Source: a virus (taxonomy: Duplodnaviria > Heunggongvirae > Uroviricota > Caudoviricetes). From it: 64,000 nucleotides of DNA. The stretch's first letter is position 1. Each line of letters opens with the position of its first letter. A program made the position numbers and the translations under genes. The stretch lies in the IMG/VR virus record IMGVR_UViG_3300029996_000255. One strand, given 5' to 3'. Shown one piece after another: positions 63,626-64,000 of the stretch. The notes below the pieces were generated by a model, which ran no database searches, had not been told where the DNA came from, and saw only the letters and a program-made list of their open reading frames with translations.

Positions 63626-63884
63626 AGAATATATAAGTAGTAAGAAACCTGCGTTTCATTGGCTTTGCAAACATAGTATTTACAAGGGTTTTAGAGGTCA
63701 AAAATTTCAAAAAATGCTCAAATCGAGCTAAATTCCATAATTTTCAATGATTTTTAGAGAATAACAAAAATGAGGTGCTAAAAACCCTTATAAATCAATG
63801 GTTTTATAGCATCAATATCAAGAAACAGAGAATATAAGAATAGCAAGAAATCACTGTTTCTTTGGAATTTGAGGAGGTGAGAAA

Positions 63885-64000
63885 GTGTCACAATTTATAT
63901 TTAATGAAGACTTTGCAAATAATTGGAAGTCAGGTCAGATAGTTACTTGTGAAGAAAAAGAGGATGGTTATTTAATTAATAAAGTTGCACTTATTGAAAA
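63885..64000 (+). CDS. hypothetical protein, 3'-partial at the window end
   Basis: GAGGAGGTGAGAAA GTG; open to the end of the window. Confidence 0.4.
   Translation, partial: MSQFIFNEDFANNWKSGQIVTCEEKEDGYLINKVALIE

Overview
AT-rich (about 30% GC) window with about 150 short, tightly packed or overlapping genes, almost all on the + strand with AGGAGG-type ribosome-binding sites. This layout is typical of the early or accessory region of a large temperate phage or prophage from a low-GC Firmicutes host. No virion structural genes are visible in the 64 kb. The recognisable content splits into a lysogeny module and an accessory region. The lysogeny module holds a tyrosine integrase (23136-24152), a divergent XRE/cI-like repressor (24173-24439, the only convincing minus-strand gene) and a MazF/EndoA-family toxin driven by a consensus sigma-70 promoter. 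The accessory region holds a sigma-70-like factor, a DUF262 protein, an SPFH/NfeD pair, tRNA-Gln and tRNA-Lys, six DNA methyltransferases, a Sir2 protein, a DUF2829 (Tad2-like) protein, a five-gene NAD+ salvage/reconstitution cluster, a HicA-like toxin and an AbrB-like regulator. The most unusual locus is 29245-31340, a 462-aa TnpB/Cas12f-like RuvC nuclease with intact catalytic residues. Upstream of it lie five CRISPR-like 36-bp direct repeats with 29-30-bp spacers, and one diverged copy lies downstream. Two roughly 110-bp structured modules precede the repeats. This looks like a phage-borne miniature RNA-guided (type V / OMEGA-like) system. Other notable features are a C5-cytosine methyltransferase split by a 707-bp HNH homing-endonuclease insertion flanked by an 8-bp direct repeat, a P-loop kinase/HD phosphohydrolase gene with two compensating frameshifts, a conserved 5'UTR motif (GTTTCYTTGG) upstream of many genes, and a recurrent palindrome (ACTATATATAGT) in intergenic regions.
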